The position numbers and the translations under genes were made by a program. The notes below the pieces were generated by a model. The model worked only from the letters and a program-made list of their open reading frames with translations, searched no databases and was not told where the DNA came from. A stretch of DNA of 64,000 nucleotides from a virus, in the IMG/VR virus record IMGVR_UViG_3300030102_005172, positions 32,001-96,000 of that record. One strand, written 5' to 3'. Of the stretch, positions 19,900 to 30,236 are shown one piece after another (the stretch's first letter is position 1; the number at the start of each line of letters is the position of its first letter).

Positions 19900-20444
19900 A
19901 ATAAATCACCAACTTCTAAACCAGATGGTACTTTATCCCATAAATTTATTGCGATTGCTCGTCTTGTTCCACGAGTAACCTTAGTAACTCTATGAGGATG
20001 GGCGCCTGCAGGAAATATAACCAACCTATTATACTTTGGTTCTAATCTTTCAGGTTCACCATCTTGTCCATGTGGATAGATTTCAAGGTAACCACCATCA
20101 ATATCATTTTCCCATGGATAAAAAACAGTACCTATTACAGGTGTAACTATTTCTTTTGTTTGATTATACCAATACTCATCTTTATCAAAGTGAAATGGTA
20201 GTTCATCTCTTTCCTCGGTTGATGAGTAAACACCTGTCCAATATTCAAACCCTGAAACACTTACAGATGGATATGGGCAGTTTTCACCCCAAATATATTG
20301 TATCAACCTTTTTTTAATTGTATTTGCAGGTGAGTTCCACCAACCATCCCACCACATATAACCTTTAGTATCAAAGAATGTCGTGTCATTCTTTAGGTCA
20401 TTTAATAGTTCTTGGTCTTTTATGAAATCATCTATTACAATCAT
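19887..20444 (-). CDS. 2OG-Fe(II) oxygenase
   Basis: HFDKD (HxD), GGYLEI, NRLVIF, HRVTKV..GTRRA. Confidence 0.85.
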   Translation of the reverse strand: MIVIDDFIKDQELLNDLKNDTTFFDTKGYMWWDGWWNSPANTIKKRLIQYIWGENCPYPSVSVSGFEYWTGVYSSTEERDELPFHFDKDEYWYNQTKEIVTPVIGTVFYPWENDIDGGYLEIYPHGQDGEPERLEPKYNRLVIFPAGAHPHRVTKVTRGTRRAIAINLWDKVPSGLEVGDLFLEN

Positions 20445-21532
20445 AATTCTTCTACTTTCTTAAGTGCCGATGCGATTACTTGGTGCATATCATAATATTT
20501 GTATTCTGCTAATCTACCACCAAATATGACTTTGTCTTGACTATCGGCTAATTTTTTATACTTTTTATATATCTCATTATTAGTTTTATCATTTACAGGA
20601 TAATATGGTTCTACTCCCCTTTCATAAGGTTGTGGGTATTCCCAACTAACATAAGTTCCTTGTTGATTTTGATTATCAAAATGTTTGTGCTCTATAACTC
20701 TTGTATATGGTGTTTCTGAGTCCGTATAGTTCATTAATGCACACCCTTGATAATTATCTTTTGATTTATACATCTTACTCATCCAATGTAAAGATTTGTA
20801 TTCCAAATCACCATACTTGTAGTCAAAATACAAATCAATCGGACCTGTATAAATTACTTTATCACCTAACCCATCCCAAAAGTCTTTTTTGTCAAAATAA
20901 TCTGTATTTGTAAATACTTCAATACCTTGTAACAATCTTTCAAATATCTGAGTGTATCCACCAATTGGTATTCCTTGATACTTGTCATTAAAATAGTTGT
21001 TATTGTAAGTAAATCTAACAGGCAATCTTTTGATAATTGACTTTGGTAACAACTTAGCTGGCTTCATCCATTGTTTTTGAGTATAACCTTTTATTAACTT
21101 TTCGTAAATGTCTTTACCGACAAGAGCTTGTGCTTGTTCTTCTAAGTTAGTAGGATTACCTTCAAACTTCTGTGATTCAATTCTTTCTTTTGCACCTTCG
21201 GGAGTTCTAACACCCCACATTTTATTAAATGTATACATATTGAAAGGTAATGGATATATCTCACCTTTATAGTTTGCAACTATATTAAGTTGAAACTGAT
21301 GAAAGTCTACAAACTGATTTATCCAATGCCAAATCTTTTCATTATTTGTATGAAATATGTGTGGTCCATATTTGTGTACATGAATACCTTCTATTTCTTC
21401 AGTATAACAATTACCACCAATGTGGTCTCGTTTTTCAATAACACAAACCTTTTTACCTTTTTCTTTGAGTTCGTATGCACATACTGCGCCAAAGAAACCT
21501 GAACCAACTATTACATAATCATACTTACTCAT
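20441..21532 (-). CDS. glf: UDP-galactopyranose mutase
   Basis: GSGFFG, HIGGNCY, YGPHIFHT, YFNDKYQGIP, GRLAEYKYYDMHQ. Confidence 0.95.
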   Translation of the reverse strand: MSKYDYVIVGSGFFGAVCAYELKEKGKKVCVIEKRDHIGGNCYTEEIEGIHVHKYGPHIFHTNNEKIWHWINQFVDFHQFQLNIVANYKGEIYPLPFNMYTFNKMWGVRTPEGAKERIESQKFEGNPTNLEEQAQALVGKDIYEKLIKGYTQKQWMKPAKLLPKSIIKRLPVRFTYNNNYFNDKYQGIPIGGYTQIFERLLQGIEVFTNTDYFDKKDFWDGLGDKVIYTGPIDLYFDYKYGDLEYKSLHWMSKMYKSKDNYQGCALMNYTDSETPYTRVIEHKHFDNQNQQGTYVSWEYPQPYERGVEPYYPVNDKTNNEIYKKYKKLADSQDKVIFGGRLAEYKYYDMHQVIASALKKVEEL

Positions 21533-22663
21533 TTATAGTCTATTATTATTTAGTGCCTCTGAATGTAATTCTTTTGGATAAGAACTTGTGTCGTAGTACG
21601 CATCATCTTCAATTAAAAACTGAAATCTTGGGAATGGGTTTTTTCTTTTTACATCTATTAACATTCGTGTACATTGTAACATTTTATGATAATGTTTTCT
21701 GTCTTTATGTATTTCTGCTAATCTAAGATAAGACTCATTTCTAGCTGAACAGAATTCTACACTTTTATAGTACCATTCTATTGCTTTATCTATTTCACCA
21801 ATTAGTTTATATGCTCCTGCGATTCCAAAACAACACCAATAACAAAACTCATCGTTTTTATTGTCAATATAACCTTGTGTTTTGTAAAAGGGATTTATTT
21901 GATAAATGTATTGTTTAAAGTAAAATATACATCTTCTAACATATTCCTTTCGGTGGTCTTCACCAAATGGAAACTCATCTCTAAGAGTATCATAGTAAGA
22001 CTTTGCTATGTAAAATAAATGGTATCTATCCTCTAATACTTTTTTATTAGGTATTGTATCGAGTTCTAAGTTTAGTGCGTCTTTTAAAAACTTCATAGGT
22101 GACATCCATGTTTGACCATCATTAGTTAAAATATGTCTGAACTTACTATCTAATGATTCTCTTTGAAATCCTTCACCAATATCATCTCTATCTAAATAGA
22201 TTGTTTCGTGTGCTTTTTCAGGATAAAATCTCCAAGGTTCTTTTGCGTTCCAAATCCAAGTTCTGAAATATTTTATACCAGGTCCTTGACATGGTACATT
22301 CCAACTTTGTACTGAGGTGTCATTAAATACTGACCAATCGAAGTCATCATCAACTTGTAATACTTCATCTGCGTCAACTCTTAGAATCCAATCACATCCA
22401 TGGTCTGCCTCTAACGCAGTTCTTACACAATGGTCTCGATTTATACCATGTCCCTTCCACCAATCTAATTGATATAAGAAACCAGGTATTCCCTTTTCGT
22501 TAAAAAAGTTTTTAATTATGTCTTGAGTTCCATCAGTTGAACCATTGTCTTGAATAACCCAATAATCAATGTATGGATATACACTTTCCAACATTCTCTC
22601 AATAACATGAGATTCATTATTAACCATTGTGTTAAAACAAAACTTTGCAGTTGTGTTTTTCAT
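21533..22663 (-). CDS. Glycosyltransferase family 2 with TPR-like C-terminus
   Basis: MVNNESHVIERMLESV, DNGSTDGT, ILRVDADE; helical FYIAKSY repeats. Confidence 0.8.
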   Translation of the reverse strand: MKNTTAKFCFNTMVNNESHVIERMLESVYPYIDYWVIQDNGSTDGTQDIIKNFFNEKGIPGFLYQLDWWKGHGINRDHCVRTALEADHGCDWILRVDADEVLQVDDDFDWSVFNDTSVQSWNVPCQGPGIKYFRTWIWNAKEPWRFYPEKAHETIYLDRDDIGEGFQRESLDSKFRHILTNDGQTWMSPMKFLKDALNLELDTIPNKKVLEDRYHLFYIAKSYYDTLRDEFPFGEDHRKEYVRRCIFYFKQYIYQINPFYKTQGYIDNKNDEFCYWCCFGIAGAYKLIGEIDKAIEWYYKSVEFCSARNESYLRLAEIHKDRKHYHKMLQCTRMLIDVKRKNPFPRFQFLIEDDAYYDTSSYPKELHSEALNNNRL

Positions 22664-22679
22664 AACTAATTTCTAATTT

Positions 22680-22916
22680 TTAAGCAGATAAATACTCATT
22701 AAGATTTTTAACACCAATGTGTCTTTTAACTTCTTGTCCACCTTCCAATAATACTACTGTTGGTACACTTCTGATTCCGTACTTCTGTGCGAAGTCTGGT
22801 TGTTCATCTACATTTATTTTATTTACAGGAATAGTGTTACTCACTTGTTCCATTACGGGACTCAACATCTTACATGGACTACACCATGGTGCTGAAAAAT
22901 ACAAATATTCTTTCAT
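22680..22916 (-). CDS. Thioredoxin
   Basis: WCSPCK active site, GIRSVPT. Confidence 0.9.
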   Translation of the reverse strand: MKEYLYFSAPWCSPCKMLSPVMEQVSNTIPVNKINVDEQPDFAQKYGIRSVPTVVLLEGGQEVKRHIGVKNLNEYLSA

Positions 22917-22930
22917 TTTATTTACCTATC

Positions 22931-24715
22931 TTAACCATCGCAGGATACACAATCAGGGTCCAATGCTCGTGCTGCGATATCACCACGAAGGACGGACTCT
23001 GTTCTCATATAATATAAAGTTTTAATCCCTTGTTTCCATGATTCCATAGTGACTTGATTAATCCACTTTGGACTTGCTTCAGATGGAAACGCCAGATTCA
23101 ACGAAACTGATTGGTCAATATATTGTTGTCTAACGCCTGCTTGTCTAATTAATTCTAACTGATTAATTTCTTTGAAAGTCTTAAATACATCTTTGACCCA
23201 AAACACTTGGTCTTTATCAAATGCCTCTTGAGGAATGTCTTCTCTTTTTAAGAGTTTTCCATCTACATATCCCCAATCATCCAATTCTTTTATATCTTGA
23301 ACCGAACCACCATCTTCTAAAACTTTATCCCAAGTTGCCTTTTTATTTATACCCACTTTTCTAAATACCTTTTCTAACTCAAGGTTTTTACGGATGAATG
23401 TTCCCTTTGCCGTTTGTTCCGTAAATACATTGGAAGGCCAAGGTTCTATTCCTGCGGATACATTACCACTTAATTTAGAATTAGAAACAGTAGGAGCAAT
23501 TGCTCTTAAATGTGTGTTTCTAAATCCACTATCTTTACACCATAATGGTTCACCATACTCGGTAGCTAAATCTCTACTTGCTCTTTCTGATTCTATCTTT
23601 AGTTGGGAAAAAATCTTACGAGTTTCAAATTGAGCAGGTAATCCTTCAAATGAAATACCTTTTCTTTGTAAGTAAGTATGCCATCCAAGAACACCTAATC
23701 CTAATGCTCTACCTTTTTCTGCTGAACGAACTGCGTTTTCAAAACCTCTCATGTTTTTTGCTTTCTGTAAAAACTCTGAAAGGACACCATCTAAGAAATA
23801 GATTGATGTATAAATTAAATCTGTATCTTTCCACTCATCATACTTTGCTAAGTTGAGTGAGGATAAACAACAAACAAAACTATGTGACTCATCCGTATGT
23901 AGTACAATCTCAGAACAAATATTTGTCATAAAGACTTTTAGTCCGTTTGCTTTATACATTTCAGGATTTGCTTTGTTTACATTACCCTTAAACATTATAT
24001 AAGGTTCACCTGTAGCTTTTCTCTTTTGAAGTACTTTACCCCATCTTCTTCTTGCTTCAGGTACACCATCTTCTAATTTTCTCATGAACTTATCACCAAC
24101 AACAATACATTGATGTAGATTCATACATTGTCTGTTTACATCACCTTTAGGTTCTCTAATTTCAATCCACTCATCAAAATCTTCGTGTTCGATGTTTAGA
24201 TTTACAGATGCCGCACCTCTTCTGACTGCACCTTGATTTGTTGCAAGGATTGTAGAATCGTAAATCTTACAAAATGGTACAACACCATCTGATGTTCCGT
24301 TTTGTGTAATATTAGAACCTGCAGGTCTAATCTGATTTACACCGATACCAACACCACCACCATGTTTTGCAAGTAACATCATTTCTAAGTTTTTAGTACC
24401 AATTTCGTAGATACTATCACCTACATCAATACCAAAACAACTAATTGGTAATCCTCTATCGGTGCCAGTATTAGAAAGTACAGGAGAGGCTAGATTTAAC
24501 CAACCTTTCCAAATATAATCAAAAAACTTCGAAGCAAGTTGAGGTTTGTTTAGTCTTCTTGCGACTGCCGTTGATACTCTCCAATATGCGTCTTTGGGTT
24601 TTTCGCCAGGAAGTAAATAACCATTTGATATTGTTTTTACATAGATTTCGGTGTTTGCCCAAACGGGAAAATCCACACCAACTTCCCAACCTAAATTTTC
24701 TGCGTGATTTTTCAT
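22931..24715 (-). CDS. nrdA: Ribonucleotide reductase class Ia alpha subunit
   Basis: PISCF, TNICSEI, AIAPTVS, KTLYY, C-terminal CVSCDG. Confidence 0.95.
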   Translation of the reverse strand: MKNHAENLGWEVGVDFPVWANTEIYVKTISNGYLLPGEKPKDAYWRVSTAVARRLNKPQLASKFFDYIWKGWLNLASPVLSNTGTDRGLPISCFGIDVGDSIYEIGTKNLEMMLLAKHGGGVGIGVNQIRPAGSNITQNGTSDGVVPFCKIYDSTILATNQGAVRRGAASVNLNIEHEDFDEWIEIREPKGDVNRQCMNLHQCIVVGDKFMRKLEDGVPEARRRWGKVLQKRKATGEPYIMFKGNVNKANPEMYKANGLKVFMTNICSEIVLHTDESHSFVCCLSSLNLAKYDEWKDTDLIYTSIYFLDGVLSEFLQKAKNMRGFENAVRSAEKGRALGLGVLGWHTYLQRKGISFEGLPAQFETRKIFSQLKIESERASRDLATEYGEPLWCKDSGFRNTHLRAIAPTVSNSKLSGNVSAGIEPWPSNVFTEQTAKGTFIRKNLELEKVFRKVGINKKATWDKVLEDGGSVQDIKELDDWGYVDGKLLKREDIPQEAFDKDQVFWVKDVFKTFKEINQLELIRQAGVRQQYIDQSVSLNLAFPSEASPKWINQVTMESWKQGIKTLYYMRTESVLRGDIAARALDPDCVSCDG

Positions 24716-24727
24716 AACTAATTTTTC

Positions 24728-25720
24728 TTAAAATATGTCGTCCCAATCTTCACCTTCATTTGCCTTACTATAATCAGTAGGTCTGATAGCGAAGAAGTCC
24801 GTATGTGTTTGTCCACCTGTTAAGTGGTAGAACCAATCTAAATTACCTGCTTTTTCATCATCAAAGTCAAAGATAGCATTATATCCTAACTCTTTTAATT
24901 TAGAATTTGTTCTTGATTTAATAAACTCTTTTAAATCATCTGCCTTTAAATTTTCTAAATCACCCATCTCAAACATCTTATCAATGTACTTCAACTCAAG
25001 TTCTACAATTAATTTTGCAGCCTCTTCGATTGAGTCTTTACATTGGTCTAATAATTCAGGGTATTCTTCACACATATGTCTAAATAATTGACAACCCATC
25101 TTAGAATGTAAAGATTCATCTCTTACACTCCATTTCATTTGCTGGCCAATACCTTTTAACTTATTTCTCATTTGAAATGAATAAAGTACTGCGAATGATG
25201 AATATAACGCCACACCTTCTGTAAATGCTGAGAATATAGCGAGTGATTTTCCTACTTCTTTTCTTGCGTCTGCATTATCTTTAAGGTCTTCCCAAGTGTA
25301 TCTATTTGTTATACTTGCAAGATTCTCAAATCTTTCTGCGGTTGCTGGTTCGTGTAGGAATGCTTCAAAGTCTTCTAATCCAAGAGACTCGTTTAAATAT
25401 GAATATGCGGTTGCGTGAATGGTTTCTTGTGAACCAAACATCATTGCCATTTGTTTTATTTCATGTTTTGGAAACCACTCTGTCACCCAACCTGTCCAAT
25501 AATCTGATACTGCACATTCGGTTTGTGCGAATCCAAGTAAGATATTACCGACTAAATTTTTTTCTTCTGGTGTAAGATGTTCGTTCCAATCTTTTATATC
25601 ACCTTGCATTGGTATTTCTGTATGTAACCAAAATGCTTGTGCTTGTTTTAACCAACCTTCTGTATAGTACTCAGGGTACTCAAAAGGTTTAAACGGAATA
25701 CGATTATCAAATAATCCCAT
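24728..25720 (-). CDS. nrdB: Ribonucleotide reductase class Ia beta subunit
   Basis: ETIHATAY, EGVALYSSF, RDESLH, DFFA. Confidence 0.95.
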   Translation of the reverse strand: MGLFDNRIPFKPFEYPEYYTEGWLKQAQAFWLHTEIPMQGDIKDWNEHLTPEEKNLVGNILLGFAQTECAVSDYWTGWVTEWFPKHEIKQMAMMFGSQETIHATAYSYLNESLGLEDFEAFLHEPATAERFENLASITNRYTWEDLKDNADARKEVGKSLAIFSAFTEGVALYSSFAVLYSFQMRNKLKGIGQQMKWSVRDESLHSKMGCQLFRHMCEEYPELLDQCKDSIEEAAKLIVELELKYIDKMFEMGDLENLKADDLKEFIKSRTNSKLKELGYNAIFDFDDEKAGNLDWFYHLTGGQTHTDFFAIRPTDYSKANEGEDWDDIF

Positions 25721-25780
25721 AGTAATTTTATAGATTTTAAATTAAACTTTTATGTTATAGTCGGTGATAATATATATGAT

Positions 25781-27139
25781 TTAAAAATCAATACCATCCG
25801 ACATTTCTTTATATTTTTGCGCTAATTCTTTTCTTACTAAACTCTCCCCTTGTTTCATCTGACTTGTAGTCTTTCTACCATCAATGGAATCGTCATTGTA
25901 AATATGAATTTGGCCTGTCGAGAAGTTTGCTTTAGATGGGAATGTCATTCCATCAGGTCCAAACCTATTTTTTATTACATGCCATCTACCTGTACCTGCG
26001 AGTTTATCTTCTATTTTTCGAGATAAAGATACCACAAAGTCTGCGGTCATCATTTTAGAAAATGAACCTGCTATTTTTGTACCTGTAATAATGTCATCTT
26101 CTGCTCCACTTCTATTAATTTGTGAGGCAGTGTAGACAGGCACCTCGTACTCACCTGCCATACCACGAAGGTCTTCTATAATCTCTTCCAACTCTTCGTG
26201 TCTTTTTTCTTTTGTAGGCCCTCTCAATAAGTCTGCATAATCTACAATGACTACATCAGGTTTTTTACCTTGTAAAATCATTTTGTCCATATGAGCCTTT
26301 AGTGAAGTTACACTAGCGGTTTTGGTAGGATAATGTTTTACAACTAAGTCACCACTAACAGAATTAACTGCTTTTGTAACATCTTCCATGTTGTATTTCA
26401 AATTACCAACGGCGACACCACTTAATACGGCGTCATATCGTTGACCCACATAACCTTCATTTAATTCAAGAGTGTAGTGTGCAACTATCTTTCCTTTCTT
26501 CATTGCGTTGACTCCGATGTTAATCAGAGACCACGATTTACCAATGCCGGGAGGTGCTGCAAATAAAATTAATTCACCCTTACCAAAACCACCTTGTGTA
26601 ATTTCATCAATAACTTGCCAACCAGTAGTAACCACATTTCTTACTGTATCTTCATATCTTTCTACAATCATAGATTTGTATTCATGACCAATATCAGAAT
26701 CTTGACCTGCTTTCATTGCGGTATCAATATTCTTTTTGATTTGGTCATACTTACCATTTTCTAATAATGGTACTGAATCTAAGATTGCGTTTTTAATAGA
26801 TTGATTTTTACAGAAGTCAAGGATTTCTTCTTTAACAAAGTCCAAATCACCACTTTCTAAATGATTCCAAGCAAACTTCAATGTATCAATCACCGAGGTT
26901 TTTAATACATCTCTTTCTATTGGATTTATTTTAACTTTGAGAACATCTAAGGTTGGCATTTTCTCAAACTCGTTAAAATATTTTAGGATTGTTTTTACTA
27001 ACCACTCCGATGCCTCAGAATCAAAATATTCTGGTTTCATAATATCGTAAATCTGTCTTGTAAAAGACCTATCAGATAATATCGCAGATATTACTTTGTT
27101 CTGAAATGAGGTACTAAACTTACTTCCTAATTTTTCCAT
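25781..27139 (-). CDS. DnaB-like replicative helicase (gp41-like)
   Basis: APPGIGKS, YTLEL, IVDYAD, TASQINR, KNRFG. Confidence 0.92.
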   Translation of the reverse strand: MEKLGSKFSTSFQNKVISAILSDRSFTRQIYDIMKPEYFDSEASEWLVKTILKYFNEFEKMPTLDVLKVKINPIERDVLKTSVIDTLKFAWNHLESGDLDFVKEEILDFCKNQSIKNAILDSVPLLENGKYDQIKKNIDTAMKAGQDSDIGHEYKSMIVERYEDTVRNVVTTGWQVIDEITQGGFGKGELILFAAPPGIGKSWSLINIGVNAMKKGKIVAHYTLELNEGYVGQRYDAVLSGVAVGNLKYNMEDVTKAVNSVSGDLVVKHYPTKTASVTSLKAHMDKMILQGKKPDVVIVDYADLLRGPTKEKRHEELEEIIEDLRGMAGEYEVPVYTASQINRSGAEDDIITGTKIAGSFSKMMTADFVVSLSRKIEDKLAGTGRWHVIKNRFGPDGMTFPSKANFSTGQIHIYNDDSIDGRKTTSQMKQGESLVRKELAQKYKEMSDGIDF

Positions 27140-27145
27140 AGTTTA

Positions 27146-27176
27146 CTAATATACGAAATTATTTTTTAATATCAAA
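27146..27176 (-). promoter_or_regulatory. Bacteroidota-type promoter TTTG-N19-TATATTAG
   Basis: Upstream of the helicase gene. Confidence 0.65.
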
Positions 27177-28214
27177 GTGATTCTTAAGATAATTGTCTAA
27201 AGATGTAAATGAATTTCTTAACCAAGAATCTACATTTGCAAATGCAGTATATAGTTTATCATACATAAACATCTTTTTGAACTCAACAATGTTTAGTTGA
27301 GGTTGGTGTACATCCATCAACTCTCTAACATTAGATTTAATTGATGATGATATATCAGGGTCAGATAATTGCATAAGACCATAGTTCATATTGATAGTAT
27401 CTAAATTATCTTCAAGTTTTTTTGCCAACTTATCATCACACTCTGAAGAACATTTCTCAATGAATGTGTCTAAAGAAAGGTCATTTTCAGTTAAAAACTT
27501 CATTTTAGATTCAATTGTTTTGATACCAACACCATTTACACCTTTTATATTGTCTGATTTATCGCCCATAAGAACTCTGTAAAATATTAGATTTTGTGGA
27601 GTTACTCCATAATCTTCTACAACTTCTTTTTCGGTGTACATTTTCTTTTTTGTTGGTGTAAAAACCTTAATCCTTTGATTTACTAATTGTAAAAAGTCCT
27701 TGTCAGATGATAAAATCGTAACTTCTTTTTTAAAGTAGTGATTTGCCAAGTATGCAATTATATCATCTGCCTCTACATAATCTATATAAGTCATTGTGAT
27801 AGGTAGTATCTGTAAGTACTCAATGAGTCTCTTGAATTGATTTCTCATCGATACTTGTTGGTCTTCTAAGTCTTCATATCCTGCAAGTCTATTCAACTTA
27901 GTTAAACCTGTTCTACCTTCCTTATATCCCTTATATACGGACTTTCTTCTATTAGAACCACCCTTTCCATCAAAGACTATAACGACACGAGTTGGTTTTA
28001 ATCTTCTAATCGTTGCAGCGGTGGACAAGAGAAAACCTGTCACACCACCACAATGTTCACCATCATCATTCAAAGCAGGTACTGCTCCAAATACTCTAAT
28101 GAATTGATTAAGACCATCAATGATAAGAACTCTATCATTAAGGGATTCGTTTTTTACTTCGTTATGTTCTTTACTTACTTCTTTGAGTAGCTCTTTGTAT
28201 TTATTAATCATCAA
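27159..28214 (-). CDS. 5'-3' exonuclease / RNase H (FEN-like)
   Basis: IIDGLN, VFDG, EADD, SSDKDFLQ, GDKSDNI.GV.GVG. Confidence 0.92.
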   Translation of the reverse strand: MMINKYKELLKEVSKEHNEVKNESLNDRVLIIDGLNQFIRVFGAVPALNDDGEHCGGVTGFLLSTAATIRRLKPTRVVIVFDGKGGSNRRKSVYKGYKEGRTGLTKLNRLAGYEDLEDQQVSMRNQFKRLIEYLQILPITMTYIDYVEADDIIAYLANHYFKKEVTILSSDKDFLQLVNQRIKVFTPTKKKMYTEKEVVEDYGVTPQNLIFYRVLMGDKSDNIKGVNGVGIKTIESKMKFLTENDLSLDTFIEKCSSECDDKLAKKLEDNLDTINMNYGLMQLSDPDISSSIKSNVRELMDVHQPQLNIVEFKKMFMYDKLYTAFANVDSWLRNSFTSLDNYLKNHFDIKK

Positions 28215-29337
28215 AATCTGTTACTTCAACATTATCAATATTTGCCTCTTCACTTGATTGTTTGTAAGCCATAATGTATGAATTACAAATCTCATTGTAA
28301 ATAGACTCTTTTAGTTCGGGTCTTTCTTCGAGTATGTCTTCCCAATTTTTAGCTTGGAATTTTATTTCCTCACCTGTTTCTTTGTCGACATAAGTGTACC
28401 ATGCACCACTTTGAGTTACCAACTTATATGTTTTCATCATTTGTAACCATGAACCATAATTGTCGATACCACTATCAAAGTAGATATCATAGTCAACTGA
28501 ACGAAGAGGTGGCCCCATTCTATTCTTGATAACTTGAGCACGAGTTTTGATACCAACTACTTGGTCTACTCCACCAATTTTAGATTTAAGTTGTCCCATT
28601 GATTTTAACCTAATTCTACAAGAAGAGTGGAATGCTATTGCTTTACCACCACTTGTAGTCCAAGGGTCACCAAAAGAAACACCTAATCTTGTTCTTAATT
28701 GATTTGTGAAAATTAAAGATATTCTTTCTCTACCTATAAGATTTGTAATCTTTCTCATAGCTTTAGAAATAATAATAGCTTTCTGAGTAGCATAACCTGC
28801 TTGGTCGTAATCTGCGGATATCTCTACCTTAGTTGAAGCACCTGCGACAGAATCCACTACAATAGTTACTAGCTTTTTCTTGTCTGATGACCTTACTGAC
28901 TCTATAATTGAATCAATACCTTCAAAGATATCTTCAACAGTTTCAAGAGGAACATACAACATTTTTTGAATGTCAACTCCAATCGCTTCTAAGAAATCAG
29001 TATTACAAGCATTCTCAGTATCTATATAAACACCAAGACCACCCTTTTTCTGAGTATCTGCGATTGCGTGAGCTGCCAATAGTGATTTACCACTTCCTTC
29101 TAAACCTGTAATCTCTGTTAGTCTACCAACTGGTAATCCACCATTTGGTCTATTTGATATCGCCAAATCTAACATCGGTGAACCTGTCGAAATCCAACCA
29201 TCAAGGTCGGTAGGAGTTTGTTCACCACCATCCAAGAAGTAAGCCACCTTGTGGGCGGACTTAAACTTCTTGTTGAGGTTATCAGCTAAGATTGAAGATA
29301 GTTCATCACGAACCGATTCTTTCTTCTTCTTTGCCAT
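28204..29337 (-). CDS. recA: RecA/UvsX recombinase
   Basis: GLEGSGKS, IVVDSVA, FTNQLR, TSGGKAIAFH, KNRMGPP. Confidence 0.93.
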   Translation of the reverse strand: MAKKKKESVRDELSSILADNLNKKFKSAHKVAYFLDGGEQTPTDLDGWISTGSPMLDLAISNRPNGGLPVGRLTEITGLEGSGKSLLAAHAIADTQKKGGLGVYIDTENACNTDFLEAIGVDIQKMLYVPLETVEDIFEGIDSIIESVRSSDKKKLVTIVVDSVAGASTKVEISADYDQAGYATQKAIIISKAMRKITNLIGRERISLIFTNQLRTRLGVSFGDPWTTSGGKAIAFHSSCRIRLKSMGQLKSKIGGVDQVVGIKTRAQVIKNRMGPPLRSVDYDIYFDSGIDNYGSWLQMMKTYKLVTQSGAWYTYVDKETGEEIKFQAKNWEDILEERPELKESIYNEICNSYIMAYKQSSEEANIDNVEVTDFDD

Positions 29338-29340
29338 AGA

Positions 29341-30102
29341 TTATTCGTTAAATAAGTCGTCAAACGCTTCTTTTACATTAGTCGCTGGGGAAGTTGCAGT
29401 TGTAGTTTCTTTTACTTCAACTTTAGGTTCTTCTTTTTTATCAGAAACTTCACCTGTATCCAACCATTCTTTTAACATTCCTTCCATTTCTTCATAAGAA
29501 ACTTTTTTGAACATATCACCAAGAACGATTTGGTCTTTAGCGGTTTCTAATACATTCTTATCCTCTGAGATAGCTGATGTATTTGGTTTTACTCTGATGT
29601 AAGTTTCAGGATAAGTTTTACCTAACTCTGCAGCAGTTTTAAATTCTACTGTTACATCTCTACCATTTACGGGGTCAGTCAAATCACCATAATCAGGGTC
29701 AGCGAAGAATCCAAGAAGTTCTTGGTATACATTCTTACCGAATCCCCAAAACTTAACACCTTCAGACTCTTCACCTCTAACGAGGATAGGAACATAAGTT
29801 CTCATCTTTGGAGTTAACTTTCTTGAAAGTTGGTAATCATTCCTATCACCTGTTGCTTTCAACTTTTCTGCAAACTCTAAGATAGGGTCTGCTTCACCAA
29901 AAGAACTTGGGCTGATAATATTCTTACCACCAAATCCAAAATGGAAATAAAGTTCGATGAACGGGTTAGAGGGATTGTGAACATAAGGAAGAATCCTTAC
30001 TTGTTGTTTGCCGGGTTGTGGTTTCCACAAGTTGTCGGTCTTTGTTACTTTGGTCTGAAGAGAGTTCAGACGATTGCGGATTGCGTTTAAATCAATTGCC
30101 AT
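29341..30102 (-). CDS. Single-stranded DNA-binding protein (gp32-like)
   Basis: WKPQPG..VRILP, VKFWGFGK, TDPVNGRD; acidic tail FDDLFNE. Confidence 0.75.
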   Translation of the reverse strand: MAIDLNAIRNRLNSLQTKVTKTDNLWKPQPGKQQVRILPYVHNPSNPFIELYFHFGFGGKNIISPSSFGEADPILEFAEKLKATGDRNDYQLSRKLTPKMRTYVPILVRGEESEGVKFWGFGKNVYQELLGFFADPDYGDLTDPVNGRDVTVEFKTAAELGKTYPETYIRVKPNTSAISEDKNVLETAKDQIVLGDMFKKVSYEEMEGMLKEWLDTGEVSDKKEEPKVEVKETTTATSPATNVKEAFDDLFNE

Positions 30103-30141
30103 AATTTACCTTTTTTAATTATTATTTATTTAAGTTAGTCA

Positions 30142-30173
30142 CTAATATACAACATTTGGTTGACAAATCCAAA
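30142..30173 (-). promoter_or_regulatory. Bacteroidota-type promoter TTTG-N20-TATATTAG
   Basis: Upstream of the SSB gene; a TATTTATA motif lies further upstream at 30214-30221. Confidence 0.7.
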
Positions 30174-30236
30174 TGTTTTTTCATTTTTTTTATTTTGCAG
30201 TTATCACTACTGATATAAATATGTAAAAATATTTAA

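Noticed and set aside
15581-29337. Self-splicing inteins or introns in polB, nrdA/B, helicase or recA
   Set aside because: All have normal lengths and continuous motifs. The only Hint domains are on the collagens, and they lack the N-terminal nucleophile needed for splicing.
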